Source of the DNA: Phyllobates terribilis
Taxonomy: Eukaryota
Length of the DNA: 64,000 nt
NCBI RefSeq assembly: GCF_046119375.1
Contig: NW_027362765.1
Location: forward strand, 170,252,001-170,316,000
Direction: 5' to 3'
Positions 13,606-28,365 of the stretch are shown one piece after another. The translations under genes and the position numbers were made by a program. Every line of letters begins with the position of its first letter. The first letter of the stretch is position 1. The notes under the pieces were generated by a model. That model worked only from the letters and a program-made list of their open reading frames with translations. It was not told the DNA's origin and searched no databases.

Positions 13606-14156
13606 AAATCCCAAATATTTTTTACTATAAGTTGAAACATGCACATCAATTAAACATCATACTATGTAAACCCACCCTGCGCCGCTCAACATCTTTGAGC
13701 CCTGTTTCCCCTGCCGCTCCTGTAACATAAAAATGAGAACACAAGGCTCACACTGGCCGAACAACGCGGACAAATCGAACATCAACAGGAAGCCAGGGCT
13801 GCAGCTGCTCTCTGACTTCCTCTTGATGTTCAATTTGTCCAAAGGCGGAGACAGTGACACCAGCGCTGATTGGTGATTGGATGCATGGCTCACGTGTCAT
13901 GACAACCATAAGAGAGCCCCAGGAATGCAAGTGCCAACATCGCTGGAACGACGCTGGCATGGGAGGTGAGTATAGGTGTTTTTATTTTATCGGCCCCAAA
14001 CATTCAGATCGAGGAGGGGTTGTCCTAGTAGTGGACAACCCCTTTAATTTAAAAGTGTTACTTGGTTATAGGTTTTTAGTCTTCCCGAGGATGCTCCAAG
14101 CTTTACTACTGGCTGCAGCGGAGAAGTCACGACTACAGCGTGCATCATCACTACAG

Positions 14157-14204
14157 CCAATTAGTGATACAATCAGTGATACAATCAGTGATACAATCAG
14201 TGAT
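14157..14204. repeat. 12-bp tandem repeat (ATCAGTGATACA-like) x4
   Basis: agtgatacaatc agtgatacaatc agtgatacaatc agtgatat read directly from the sequence. Confidence 0.8.
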
Positions 14205-15303
14205 ATTGGCTGCATAAGTGATGTGCGCTGAAGTCGGGCCGTCAAAGATGGAGCCAGTAAACAGAGACTGGGGCAGGGCTGGACTTGGCAGGGTAAGTGA
14301 CATCTGATTTTATTAGTTTTGTCCAGAGCTGGCCACTAGAGTCCAGAAAGCAATAGCTGAAAAACATATATGCAGCAGCCTGGGGACACTTATGAGGGGC
14401 TGGACAGCTGTGGACTGACCTTTTAAAGGGGTTTTCGATGAATATTTTTTTCTGTCCATTGGATTGTCCTGTGTGAAAAAAAACAAATTGAGCCGTTACT
14501 CACCTTCTCCTGTTCTAGCATCATGTCCCCACTGCTTCTCCAGTGTTTGTTTACCGGTTGCAGTGGTGGCGTCGCAACTACGACTAATAGTTTCGCCTAT
14601 TGGTTCAGCCATTCGCAACAGTTTCAATTTCTCATGTGGCCCCTTTGGGAAATTAATTGCCCTCCACTGATCAACAGAATTGCAGTGATAAATGACAGGA
14701 TATTTTTTGCCATCATTGTTGGATATTTGAACATCTGTAGATGCCAAGAACACAACGTTTATAAAGTCTTGGTAGTCTGCCAGCCTCTATAACGAGTAAT
14801 CAGACAGTAAAATAATTAATATTAAGGTATAAAACATAACATTTATTCAATAAACCTAAATGTAAAAATAATATTTATGGGAAAATTAGGACAGGAGTTG
14901 GACAACAATCATGTGATGCCTCCACTGGTCCTTAATGTAGCCTAGTCCACCCTATGTAATGTTGAGTAATGCTCTTGATCCTTAACTCGGCCATACACAT
15001 TAGATGGCTGTCAGCTGAACGATGCTTCAGCAGATTGTTCAGCCGACAGGCATCTCAGCTGACTCTCCCATACACCCATACACAGGGGTGCTCTTTTGGC
15101 TGAGTGCTCCTGTGTTCACTTTGAGAAAGCCACCCGCAGCTTATTTCTGTGAGAAAATGCAGTCTGAAATCGGACATGACCAATTTACATCTTCCCTGAC
15201 GATCAGCTAGCCGGCACCCTCATACACATTAGACTAATGGCCAAACTCTTTAATTTCGTCGAGTTCAGTGTATGGGGACCTTTACCCTAATGCATCACAT
15301 ATA

Positions 15304-18058
<2,755 letters not shown>

Positions 18059-18944
18059 TAGATAAATAGCAACACATAAGAACATATTAATGTATGTGAA
18101 CTGCCAACAGGATGATTAGGATGTGGAGTACATCCAAGTCATCTACATTGAGTGGCCAGAATTATAGTTCCTACAGAGTTATCACCTAACATTTGTAAAA
18201 ATAGACAAATATAAATAGACAAAAAGACTAATAGAATTTTCAACAGCCTGAAAGAAATGGCAATTTGGCAAATAGTACATTTTTTGGTTTCCTGAAATAA
18301 ATTAGAATGTCCATTGTCCTTAACGAGCCAAAAAAAAGTCTGTTTTATGGCTGTAGCGCAAAATGATCTAAGATCGGTTCCATAGGTCAGGTCTTGGCTT
18401 CACATAGAACAGTTATTGTTAACCATGTTAATGTGGGAGAAACCTCACAACGACATAACCACCTCTTTCTGTTGTAAATGTGATCTCATGGAGAACCCCT
18501 AATAAAATGGCGAGGAGTTAGAGGGTACTCTTTAGTTTTTTGACTCAAAAGCTGACCAACTTTTACTTGAAGATATAAGAAGACCCAACAGAAGTAATTC
18601 CAAGGAAAAAAATAATCATCTGAGGAGAAAGAGAAACAATCCAAGAAGAATGTATAAAGAGGGGCGTCAGTTTTTTAATGCATTTAGAATGGATCCTCTT
18701 GTTTTAATGATTTTGCAATAAAGGATATTTTAATTTACTGGATGGTTATGCCGTGCCATCCCTCTTGTTCCATAGTTTTGCTGTGCTCCACCATCAGGAT
18801 TCGGCGGCCACCAGTACCAGGGCTAGAAGCCTTCTACTACAAGCAAGCGTTGTGAGCTCTTACCTCTATTTTGAATCCAGGAAGAATGTAACCACCAAGT
18901 GATACTTTTTACCAGTACAGCACCAAAATGCATGAATAGATTAA

Positions 18945-19348
18945 AGGGAATCTGTCACCAAGAAAATGCTATGCAATCTGCAGGCACCATGTTATAGAGC
19001 AGGGGGAGATGAGAAGTTGATATGTAGTTTTGTGAGAGAAGATTCAGTATAACCTGTGTTTTCTAAGTTAAAACCTCTGTTCTTTTAGGGATTTTTTTGT
19101 ACAGTGGGCGGCCCTATCAGTGACTGACAACTATCTCTTTATGCACACATATACAAAGAAAGCTGTCAGTCACTGATAGGACCTCCCACTGGACCAAAAA
19201 TCCCAGAAAGAGCAGAGGATTAAATGATGAAAACATAGGTTATACTGAACCTTTTATCACAAAACTATATAACAATCTTCTCAGCTCCCCCTGCTCTATA
19301 ACATGGTGCCTGCAGATTGGATGGCATTTTCATGGTGACAGGTTCCCT
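18945..19348. mobile_element. Palindromic T2/Kolobok-like MITE
   Basis: TTAA-AGGGAATCTGTCACC ... GGTGACAGGTTCCCT-TTAA; arms of about 130 bp are complementary. Confidence 0.85.
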
Positions 19349-19771
19349 TTAATCTATTCATGCATTTTGATTGACAGAATTTATTTCCTAAACTTTGTGT
19401 TATTGAAGGTCGGCAGCATGAGGTCTGTATGCAACAGTATAAGAGTTGTGATTAGTGATCTGTCAAAGGCAGACAGAGTGCAGGTTGAAGCCTGAGGCCT
19501 CTAGACACAATCCTGTGAAAACATTACATCATTGAACCTCATTACACAAGAAATATAGTCCTGTCATTTATCTATCTCCTTCCTCCTTTATCCCTTATCT
19601 CTATAATGCCTCAGCCTTAAACCATGTAGGGTGTTCTGCTCATCATACACAACATTGATGGGTTCCTGCATCTCTCTTTCTTTATGGATTGTCAGACAAG
19701 TTATGAGCAGTGGGATTCCACACTTGGGACCACTACTCAAACCAAGGATGAGCAAGTTTCTACAGTGTATG

Positions 19772-20815
19772 TGTGTCACCCTGGCCTGGATGCCACAAAT
19801 ATAATAAAGCTGTGTCTGAGAGCAAGGGGGTGGTTCTCTGGTCAGGGGAACATTAGCATGCAATACCTCCTGTCTCAGGCCAGTAGGGGGAGCAGGCTGC
19901 CCCTATAAAAGCTGGAATTGGGGGCAGGGTTAGGGAGAACTGGACGACCTGTCTCTGGATTGAGAGGTGTCCCAGAGCAGTGAGGGACAGTTGTATTGCA
20001 CCCTAAGAGGACGTGTGGCAGTAGGAGAGCCACAAGCCAGGGGCAAGAGGTGAAGTATGCCTGTCCTGGTAGACAAAGAACCCAATTTACCAGACTTTGG
20101 CGTCTGAGGCGTCTGAGGCTGTGAGGACTCCACGTCCTACAGCGGATAACCAGTCCGCAGGGGACTGTACGTTCCTTGGCCTAAGAAGCCCGGAGGTTCC
20201 GCCACACCAGAAGGGACCAGCAAAGCCGTACCAGGCCGGGAGTAGAAAGGAACCCACGTTGCAAACCATACGGGTGAGAGGACACGGTGAGCTCGGGACC
20301 GTGGGCTGTTACCCTATAAGGAGGAAATAGCCAGAAGGAGTGCAGAGAGCACGGTAGGCCTACACCCTCACCCTGACCAGGGCCAATTTCCCAATTGCTC
20401 TCAGACATCCAGGTCCCCTCCCAGCCGGGACTGTTTGTGGGTCAGTTCACCTGTTCTAGTAAAGACCCTGGACTGCAACCTGTTGTCTGTGTGCTCCTTG
20501 CTCCTCCAGCACTAACGGTACTGGGATGCCCTACACCATCACCCCCATCTTCCATTATACTGCCCTGGGGCCGCACTCTTCCCATGGGGAGTCACACTAT
20601 CCCAGCTGCATACATCATCAGCCCCAGCGGTCTACCTGGCAGCGGCGGTCCACACTGACCGCAATCCACGGGTGGCGTAGTCGGATACATCAACAGCGCG
20701 TCGCAGACTACCACTGGCCTGACCACCCTGAGCCACGGAACCGGGTAGCCACTACTACCCCCATCGTTCCCCTATTGCCCGGATCCGAGTGCCCCACGGC
20801 CCAGGGGGCGAGTCA
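19772..20815 (+). mobile_element. Solo LTR of a Gypsy-family retrotransposon
   Basis: TGTGTCACCC...GGGGCGAGTCA with a perfect 4-bp TSD TATG (19768-19771 / 20816-20819). Collinear similarity to the 60884-61883 LTR. Confidence 0.88.
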
Positions 20816-23800
20816 TATGTAATGTTGCACATCCACAAACAGGTCATGCCAGAAGTCTAAGTGCAGGGCCAGATAATGGAGATGGCAAAATAGATCAATC
20901 CCTTAGGACTTTCTTCGTCCAGTGGTCCATCAACTCTCTTCTGGATGGTTCACATCAGGGTTGTAAAACTGGCTGGAAAACTGAGGACCTGAGTATTGTG
21001 ATCTGAGCTGAGTGTTGCTTTCGTAATTGGGTGGTAATATGGCACTGGGACTAATGATTTTATTAGTACCACTACAAGCTTAAAGGCATTTCCAAACTAG
21101 CAATGTCTATGACTGCCAAATGCTTCAGATGCATTATTGAGCACCATGACCCTGATAAAAAGAGTAACCGGCTCATCTTTCTTGATGAGTGCAATGGATC
21201 TTAAATCCACAGTAAATTGGAACAGTTCAAAAAGTAAGATCCAGCTCATCTGAAAAACTGTAAACTTTATTTTCTTCCAATAAAATGGCAATACAAGGAT
21301 GATATGTCAAAAAAACAGAAATAAAAAGTCCCTTAGAAAAACATACTGGATGACGCGTTTCGAATCATAGCACTTCTTTCTCATAACCTCATTCATTTAT
21401 TAGAAGAAAATAAAGTTTACAGTTTTTCAGATGTGCTAGTGACTGTGTTAAAATGATGTGTGGTTCAGAGCATTTAATCCAGGCATTACAGCCAGAAAGG
21501 TCCAAATGTTCCTACTCTACACTAGAGAACAAAGTAACTACTTTGAGGGGGGTCCAGTCTCTATGTGAAGGTCCCAGCTCACAATCTTCACAAATATCTC
21601 TTTAAACATGTCCAGAATCCGGTTTTATAATTAGCACAGTGCAGTTATATCTTGTACTTTTATATAAGATCCCTAAATAGTAACATCTCCTGTGTCAGCG
21701 TTACTAGCGTGTCTAATGGCTGGCTCGCTAATACCAGCTCACATTGTGTACAGTGGGGTATTAAGTAAGACAGCCGGACTGCTTACAGAGTGTCAGTTTT
21801 AGTAAGGTCTTTGATGAGCACAGTGCAGAATAACAGTGCTCTAACTTACAAAGAAAGATAATTAAAGCTCAGTTCACGGTATATTAACCATGGCTAAAAA
21901 ATACGCTCCTTGCTGTTGTCACTCAGGTCTCCCAGGCTTCTAAATGGGAAATCGAAATGCTATAGCAAAAAATCAGATAGATAAAATGTAACCTTTATTG
22001 GTACAATTAAAAGTTATGTATATAAAAGTGCAAAGTGCTCATACAAACAACAAACAAAAAGGAGAAAGTGACCTAATCACTCTATGTTAATTATAAAAAT
22101 ATTTTGTCCAAAGTTCCTGGTTTACGCTAGATCTTACAATGAACTATCTTGTAGGGGCCCGGGATTAGTATATTCTCCTGTATTATATTGTGCTCAGAAT
22201 CTATATCCAGTATGTTGAGAAACCAAGCCCCTACTTAAAGACACAGTTCTTCATACATTTAAACAATGTTCATTCATCCGTAAGGTTCAGTACATGGAAT
22301 AGTATCAGGATAATTAACGGAAATGATGAACAAGAAAGTGGGAACAAGATACCATCAAATATTCATATAGATTTCCATATATTCATGAATGGAGAACACA
22401 TTTAAATATACCCATATACTGTATATGTGCAGATCCCCCTGAATTCATGAATGGCAAAATACAGATTGAGAACTGAAATAGACAAAATGTCATGCAAACA
22501 TTAATACTAGTGTTGCCAGTGGAAAAATTAGTCAGAATGCATGGTGGAAATGGTAATGACCACCTGTTATAATGATGACCACCTGTTATAATGTAAAATA
22601 AGGGTATATGTATATAAGGAAACAAGGATATTTGTGTGTGACAATCCTTAAACGTGCTGATTAGCGTTACCTGTCTTGTGAGGCTATATATACCAGGACA
22701 GAATAAGGATTTTGAACACCATAGCTGCAACATAGGTGTTCATTACCATTTCCACCATGCATTTTGACTCATTTTTCCATGACACTCCATTTGGCAACTT
22801 TACATCTGAGTTTGATATAACCTTGATAAAGGCGATTAGCCGAAATGAAACGTTCCGTTGGTTATTATCATTATACGGTCACTTACCTGGAATAAATTTG
22901 ATTTTTTTTAACTATACTTATCTGTTCTTCAATTTATTAGTGCCGAAGGTTTATTTGATATTATAATTGGACTCTTTTCCTTCTGGACACATATTCTGTG
23001 CGAACCTTTGATGCTTTTCTGAACACCTATGGAAAGTTTAACTGTAATATTATCCATCAGTGGTTTCACAGTTGGTAACATTGATTATCTCATGACAATA
23101 ACGCATTTCGGGCAGGGTTCAACCCCTTACCTACAATGGTGTACTTCTATGTCCTATATCGGCTCCCTGTATTTGACACAGGCTCAGGAGCCGAGCCCAC
23201 ATGTTTCCTGGCAAATGATGGCTGTATTATTCAGCCATCATCTGCCTCTGACAGCCACAGGTAGAATTGCTGTTAACCTTTCTTGTTAATCTCTGACAGC
23301 GGAGAATGAGGGAAGGGGATGCCATTCTAACCGCCCACCGTGATAGTGGGGCGCCAATGGGCTGCCTTGACAGCCAAGGGTCTGCTGAAGACCCTTGTGT
23401 CTGTCCTGATGGTACTCCTCTGAAAACCATCCTGTGGCTGAGAGTGTAAATTTTTGCTTTATACAGCAACACTTTGTTATTACTGTATATAGAACAAGCG
23501 ATTGGCTAATCACAGGTTCAAGTCTCCTAAGTGGACTTACAAATGCAGTAAAGAGTCCAATCTATCAGAATATAAAATCAATCAACCCGATTGGTAAACA
23601 CTATATATAAAAAAAAAAAATTAAATGCCAGAGTTGCAGTTTTTCGACTGCTGAAATACTGCAAATAATGCAATAAGAAGCCATCAGAACATCGTATCTT
23701 CCCCAAAATTGTATTAATAAAAAGTGAAACTCGGGGCAAAAACAAACCTTCACATAGCTCAACTGAAGAGTCAAATCTTTTTTACATTTTTTTTTTGAGA

Positions 23801-24574
23801 ATCATATTATTATGTTATTTAAAACAAAGAAAAAAAAACAATTCTGGTATTCAGGTTTTTTTTTTTTTGCGTTTTTTTTGGGGGGGCTATTTTGGAATTG
23901 CTTTTCCATTTTCCAGCATATTACATGATAAAATGGTTGATGTCGTTTAAAAGTACAACTCATCCTGCACAATATAAACCCTCATACGGCTATGTGGTAT
24001 AAAAAAAATAAAAAGTGTTATGGCTTCTGAAAGAAGGTGAGGAAAAAACTAAAGGGCAAAAACAGAAAATATCCATGTAAGGAAGGGGTTCAAATCCAAA
24101 GTTGATAGGTAACAAAATTTACTTTTATGTGTTACTTTCATAGTGAGGATCCTGTAAAAATCCTTTATGGGGATCTCAAAGTTAGAAAAATTGTGACATT
24201 TCTAGTGCCAATATACAATGTAATTGCAGACTAAGCATTTATAGCTAAACTTTAACATGCCGTTGTCCATTTTATAGCCACAGAGCTTATGGCATGGTTT
24301 CCTTCAGTCTCTATGGATGGACAGTACTCAGTTCCCTTTCGTCCCGAGACTCCCCCGTTTCCTCTCCCTTGATGAATCGCGTGATATAATATTACATGTT
24401 GTGTTAATCCTAGTTGAATCCAAGTCTGACAGCTGCATGTGTGACGGGACGAGCTGTACTGTCTGCTGCAGGCATATTCCTGGGTACAGCACCTAACTTT
24501 AGGGAGGGTTTGTTTGGCACAAGCTCTATCTGTTGGTTTAGACTCTGTAATACTGAACTATAGTCTTGAGAAAA

Positions 24575-25300
24575 ACTAAGTACACCCTCTTTGAATCCTA
24601 TTGTTTTACACATCAGGACATAATAAAAAACTCTTGTCGTTAGAAAGTTTGAAAATTAGGTAAATGCAACCTCAGATGAACAAAACACATGAAAAATTAC
24701 ACCAAATCACTATATAAAAAAAAACTAGGCCTAAATTCAGAAGTAGTGTGTGAGAAATTAAGTACACCCTTAATGCTTCTACAGAACTTAATAAGGTAAG
24801 TCACAGCCAGGTGCTTCTAATCAAATACCCCTGATTAATTGATAATCACCAAGTGTGGCAATCCATATAAAAGCAGAAGTTTTGCCTGTTTGCTGGTCTG
24901 GAGCTTTCTGACACGTGTTAACACAATGCCAAGGAAAAACGATAACTGCAATGATCTTATAGAAGCAATTATTGCTGCTCATCAATCTGGGAAGGGATAT
25001 AAGGTAATTTCCAAACAATTTGGAGTCCATCATTCTATAGTGAGAAAGATTATTAGAAAACATTCAAGACAGTTAACAATCTTTAGAAGGAGGAGGAGAA
25101 GTCCCACTAAATTCATCCCAAGGTCAGACCATGCATTGCTCAGAGACATTGCAAAAACCAAAGAGCTACAGTTCAGGCTCTAAAGAACTTAGAATGTTTA
25201 ATGTTCAAGATCATTACAGTAATTCAAAGACTGAACAATTTTACTAGCAAGAGGGCATGACCATTAGGAAGACACCCAAAGAACAGTTCGGTAAGAAGAC
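24575..25300 (+). mobile_element. Degenerate Tc1 fragment
   Basis: ORF 24839-25183 contains MPRKND...AAHQSGKGYKVISKQFGVHHSIVRKII (Tc1 N-terminal HTH), then breaks; termini not clearly resolved. Confidence 0.7.
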
Positions 25301-26030
25301 CAGATTTTCAAAAAGGGAAGAGGGCCCAATGTGTCAGGAACAAAGAGGCGCAGCGAGAAAAAAAACAAGAACGCCAGACTCAAACAAACAGGAATATTTA
25401 GACCAAGTTAACATTTTTTTACATGTTTTATACAAATTACATATTTATGGCAAATTACAGGTCAATGTTTAAGTTGAAATCTCATTTGAGATTTATACCT
25501 GTGAGGCTTGTAGGGCCCCCTGCACTACAAACGGATGATGTCAGAATATATCATGTAAGTTATATAATGATGGACTTGTGCCAGATAGATCTCTCTCTCT
25601 AAGAGACACAGTAATTTTATTGTGAATATGGAGTCTCTACAGGGTAATGTCATAGTATATGGTGGAGCATTATGTCGCCAGTGGAGCCTAGAAGTTTCAA
25701 CTCAATCAAAGTAATATCAGAAAATCCCCATACACATTAGATTGTCAGCAGAGCCCTCTGAAACTAGGATCCTCTTTTTTTTAGGGTATGTTCACACTAG
25801 GCGTTTTTTTAGCATTTTTTCTCATAGACTTTGCTGGTACTGTAAAATGCAGCTGAAAATTTGCATAAAAAAAAGGTGAAAAAACGCCTAGTGTGGACAT
25901 ACCCTTTATCTAGTATGCTAGGTTTAATATACTGTAAAGGAATACTATTATCTGAAATTGTGACGGCACACATTCTGAGAAGCAAGACAAAACCCCATTT
26001 ACTTGCAAGATGGCACCAATGTATAAAGGC

Positions 26031-27895
26031 CAGGGCCGGCGTCAGCACCCGGTCCACCCGGGCAGGTGCCGGGGCCCTGGGCCATCAGGAGGGCCCACCC
26101 GCCACTCCCCCCAGCATCTGTGTAGGTCCGCTGATGCTGTTTGATCCATCACTTTACCAGACATGGCCGCTTGCAGTGCGCTGTACAGCTGTGTCTGCTA
26201 GTAATGACACGGCAGGGTTGGCACGGCGCCTTTAATTTTGCTTGTGTGTCGCCCCTGCCTCGTCATTACTAGCAGACACAGCTGCACGCGGCCATGTCTG
26301 GTAAAGTGACAGCAATCAAACAGTGCCAGCGGCCCTGCACGGATGCTGGGGGAGAGGCACGGGCCCAGACGGCGAGTGGGTCCCCCTGATGGTCCCAGGG
26401 CCAGGTCTGTGACTGTGATGACCATCAAACACACGCCAGCGGCCCTGCACAGCCACATGCCAAAAGACCTGGACCTGAGACAGGCCGGGGGCAGGTGAGC
26501 GAGGCTTGTTGCTGGCTTCCCCAATCCCCATATTAAAAATATTTCTAATGTGTCTGTGTCTGTGTGTGTGTGCATGTCTGCGTACCGTGTGCATGTCTTC
26601 TTTACTGTGTGTGTGCATGTCCGCGTACTGTGTGTGTGCGTGTGCAGGTCTGCGTACTGTGTATGTGTGTGTGTCTGCGTACTGTGTGTGTGCGAGTGTC
26701 TGCGTATCGTGTGTGTGTGCATGTTTGCATACTGTGTGTGTGCATGTCTGGGTACTGTGTGTGTGTGCATGTCTGTGTAATGTGTGCGTGCATGTCTGTG
26801 TGGCACCCCAGGAGTCCGGTTGCCACAGTGGCATTGCCTCTCTCACAAGAGGTGATGCCATGCCTGGAAGCAAGCAGGGGTCCCCTAGTCAGGTATACTA
26901 GCATGCAACACTTTCCTGGCTCCAGACCAGCAAAGGGGAACTCCTCCGCTTAGCAACTGGAATCTGGAGGCTTGGTTAGTTAGAGTTAGTGAGAGGAGTC
27001 GAATACAGGACAGCGACGAGGAAAGACCTGGGGAGTGGAGCTGCACGGCAGTTCACCCCAGAGAGGAGCATAGAAGAACCGGACACCGGAGTTGTGGGGC
27101 ACTGAAGGCCCAGCAGAAGAAACCGGAGGGCAGGAGACTGCAGGTCTCCTGGCCCCATCAGACGCCCGGAGGCTCAGCAGCATGATAGGGCCCAGCACCG
27201 CCACGTGGGAGCGACACTCCAGGAAGGCCCGAGCTGCCTGCCATACAGGTGAGGAACAGACGTTATACTCAGGGACGAGGGCCGCAGCATAGCTATACGT
27301 AGCAGGGCCAAAGAGATTAGCGCAAAGGGAAGGCCTCCAACTTCACCTGGCGAGGTGGATTTCCAATTCGCTTCCAGGCCGCCCGGACCTCTACTACCAG
27401 CTAGTACCCGTGCCCCGGTCTGCTTAACAACCGCAAGTAAAGATAAGAAGAAACCGCCATTAAGTTGTGGACTGATTATTAACTGCACCATCACCTGCAC
27501 TACACTGCACAGCAACATCTATAACGTCACCATTTCCTGCCCTGGAGCTAAGCTCTGCCTGTGGAGCGCTGTCCCAACTCTGCTGCGTCAACATCAGCTC
27601 CACAGGATCTGCACCGCAGGTGGCGTCACGAACATTTATATAAAACTTTAATTCCCCTTTTCTCAACATCCCCTTTTATCGACCGCCCTGGGTCACGGAC
27701 CGGGTCACCGCCACTGTGGCATCCCCCAGCATCGTCCGGCCCGGCTACCGAGTACCCAACGGCCCAGGGGGAACATCAACTGTGTACTGTGTGAATGTCT
27801 GCATATGTGAAGGATGAGGAGACAGCCTGGGCCCTGTGTTGTATAACCTATATTTCTCCACGGTATCTGTGCATCATGAATCGTGGTATTTGTTA
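26031..27895 (-). mobile_element. Non-autonomous hAT-like element with TG/CA-rich core, interrupted by a solo LTR, right end not found
   Basis: Starts with CAGGGCCGGCGTCAGCACCCGG. It is a reverse-orientation relative of the 39297-40478 element, sharing GC-rich blocks and the (GTGTGTGCAT)-type core. Confidence 0.75.
26799..27778 (+). mobile_element. Solo Gypsy LTR nested in the hAT-like element
   Basis: TGTGGCACCCCAGGAG...GGGGGAACATCA; 4-bp flanks TCTG/ACTG (one mismatch); similar to the other two LTRs. Confidence 0.85.
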
Positions 27896-28132
27896 AAGAG
27901 AACCTGTCATGTCCTATCTACTATCTACACCCCCATTGCTTTGTTAGTAATGCAATGTGCATCACTAATAAGCTTTTTTCATTAAAATTGGTGGTATTAT
28001 AATGATTCTATAACATTTTATTACTTATATCCTACCTGCTCGTTTTCAGTCACATGGGTGTGATCCTCGTATTCAGTCAGGGGTGGGCGCAGCATTCAGT
28101 CCCAGCTGGCGCCGCCCACGTATTTGAAATTT

Positions 28133-28365
28133 GCTCCCGGCGAACGCTGATATTTGTGGGGCGCATGTGCAGTTTTACATGTCCGGCCCCGGGTCCCCGC
28201 TTGCGCAGTGAGGCCGTGTAGTTCGCAGCTTCACTGCACATGCGCTATGACCTGCAGCTCCCCGCGTGTGTGAACTACACGGCCTCACATCGCATGCGCG
28301 GGAACGCGGGGCCGGACATGTAAAACTGCACATGCGCCCCACAAATATCAGCGCTTGCCGGGAGC
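28133..28365. repeat. GC-rich inverted repeat (arms about 100 bp) inside a MITE starting near 27896
   Basis: gctcccggcgaacgctgatatttgtggggcgcatgtgcagttttacatgtccggcccc... pairs with ...ggggccggacatgtaaaactgcacatgcgccccacaaatatcagcgcttgccgggagc. Confidence 0.85.

Noticed and set aside
22822-22860. Another hammerhead-like motif (CTTGATAAAGGC...GCCGAAA) and a possible Penelope GIY-YIG remnant nearby
   Set aside because: The core box is non-canonical, stems I and III are not supportable, and the protein similarity is too degraded to call by eye.
26198-26953. His/Thr- and Cys/Val-rich ORFs
   Set aside because: They are translations of the CA/TG low-complexity core of a non-autonomous hAT-like element.
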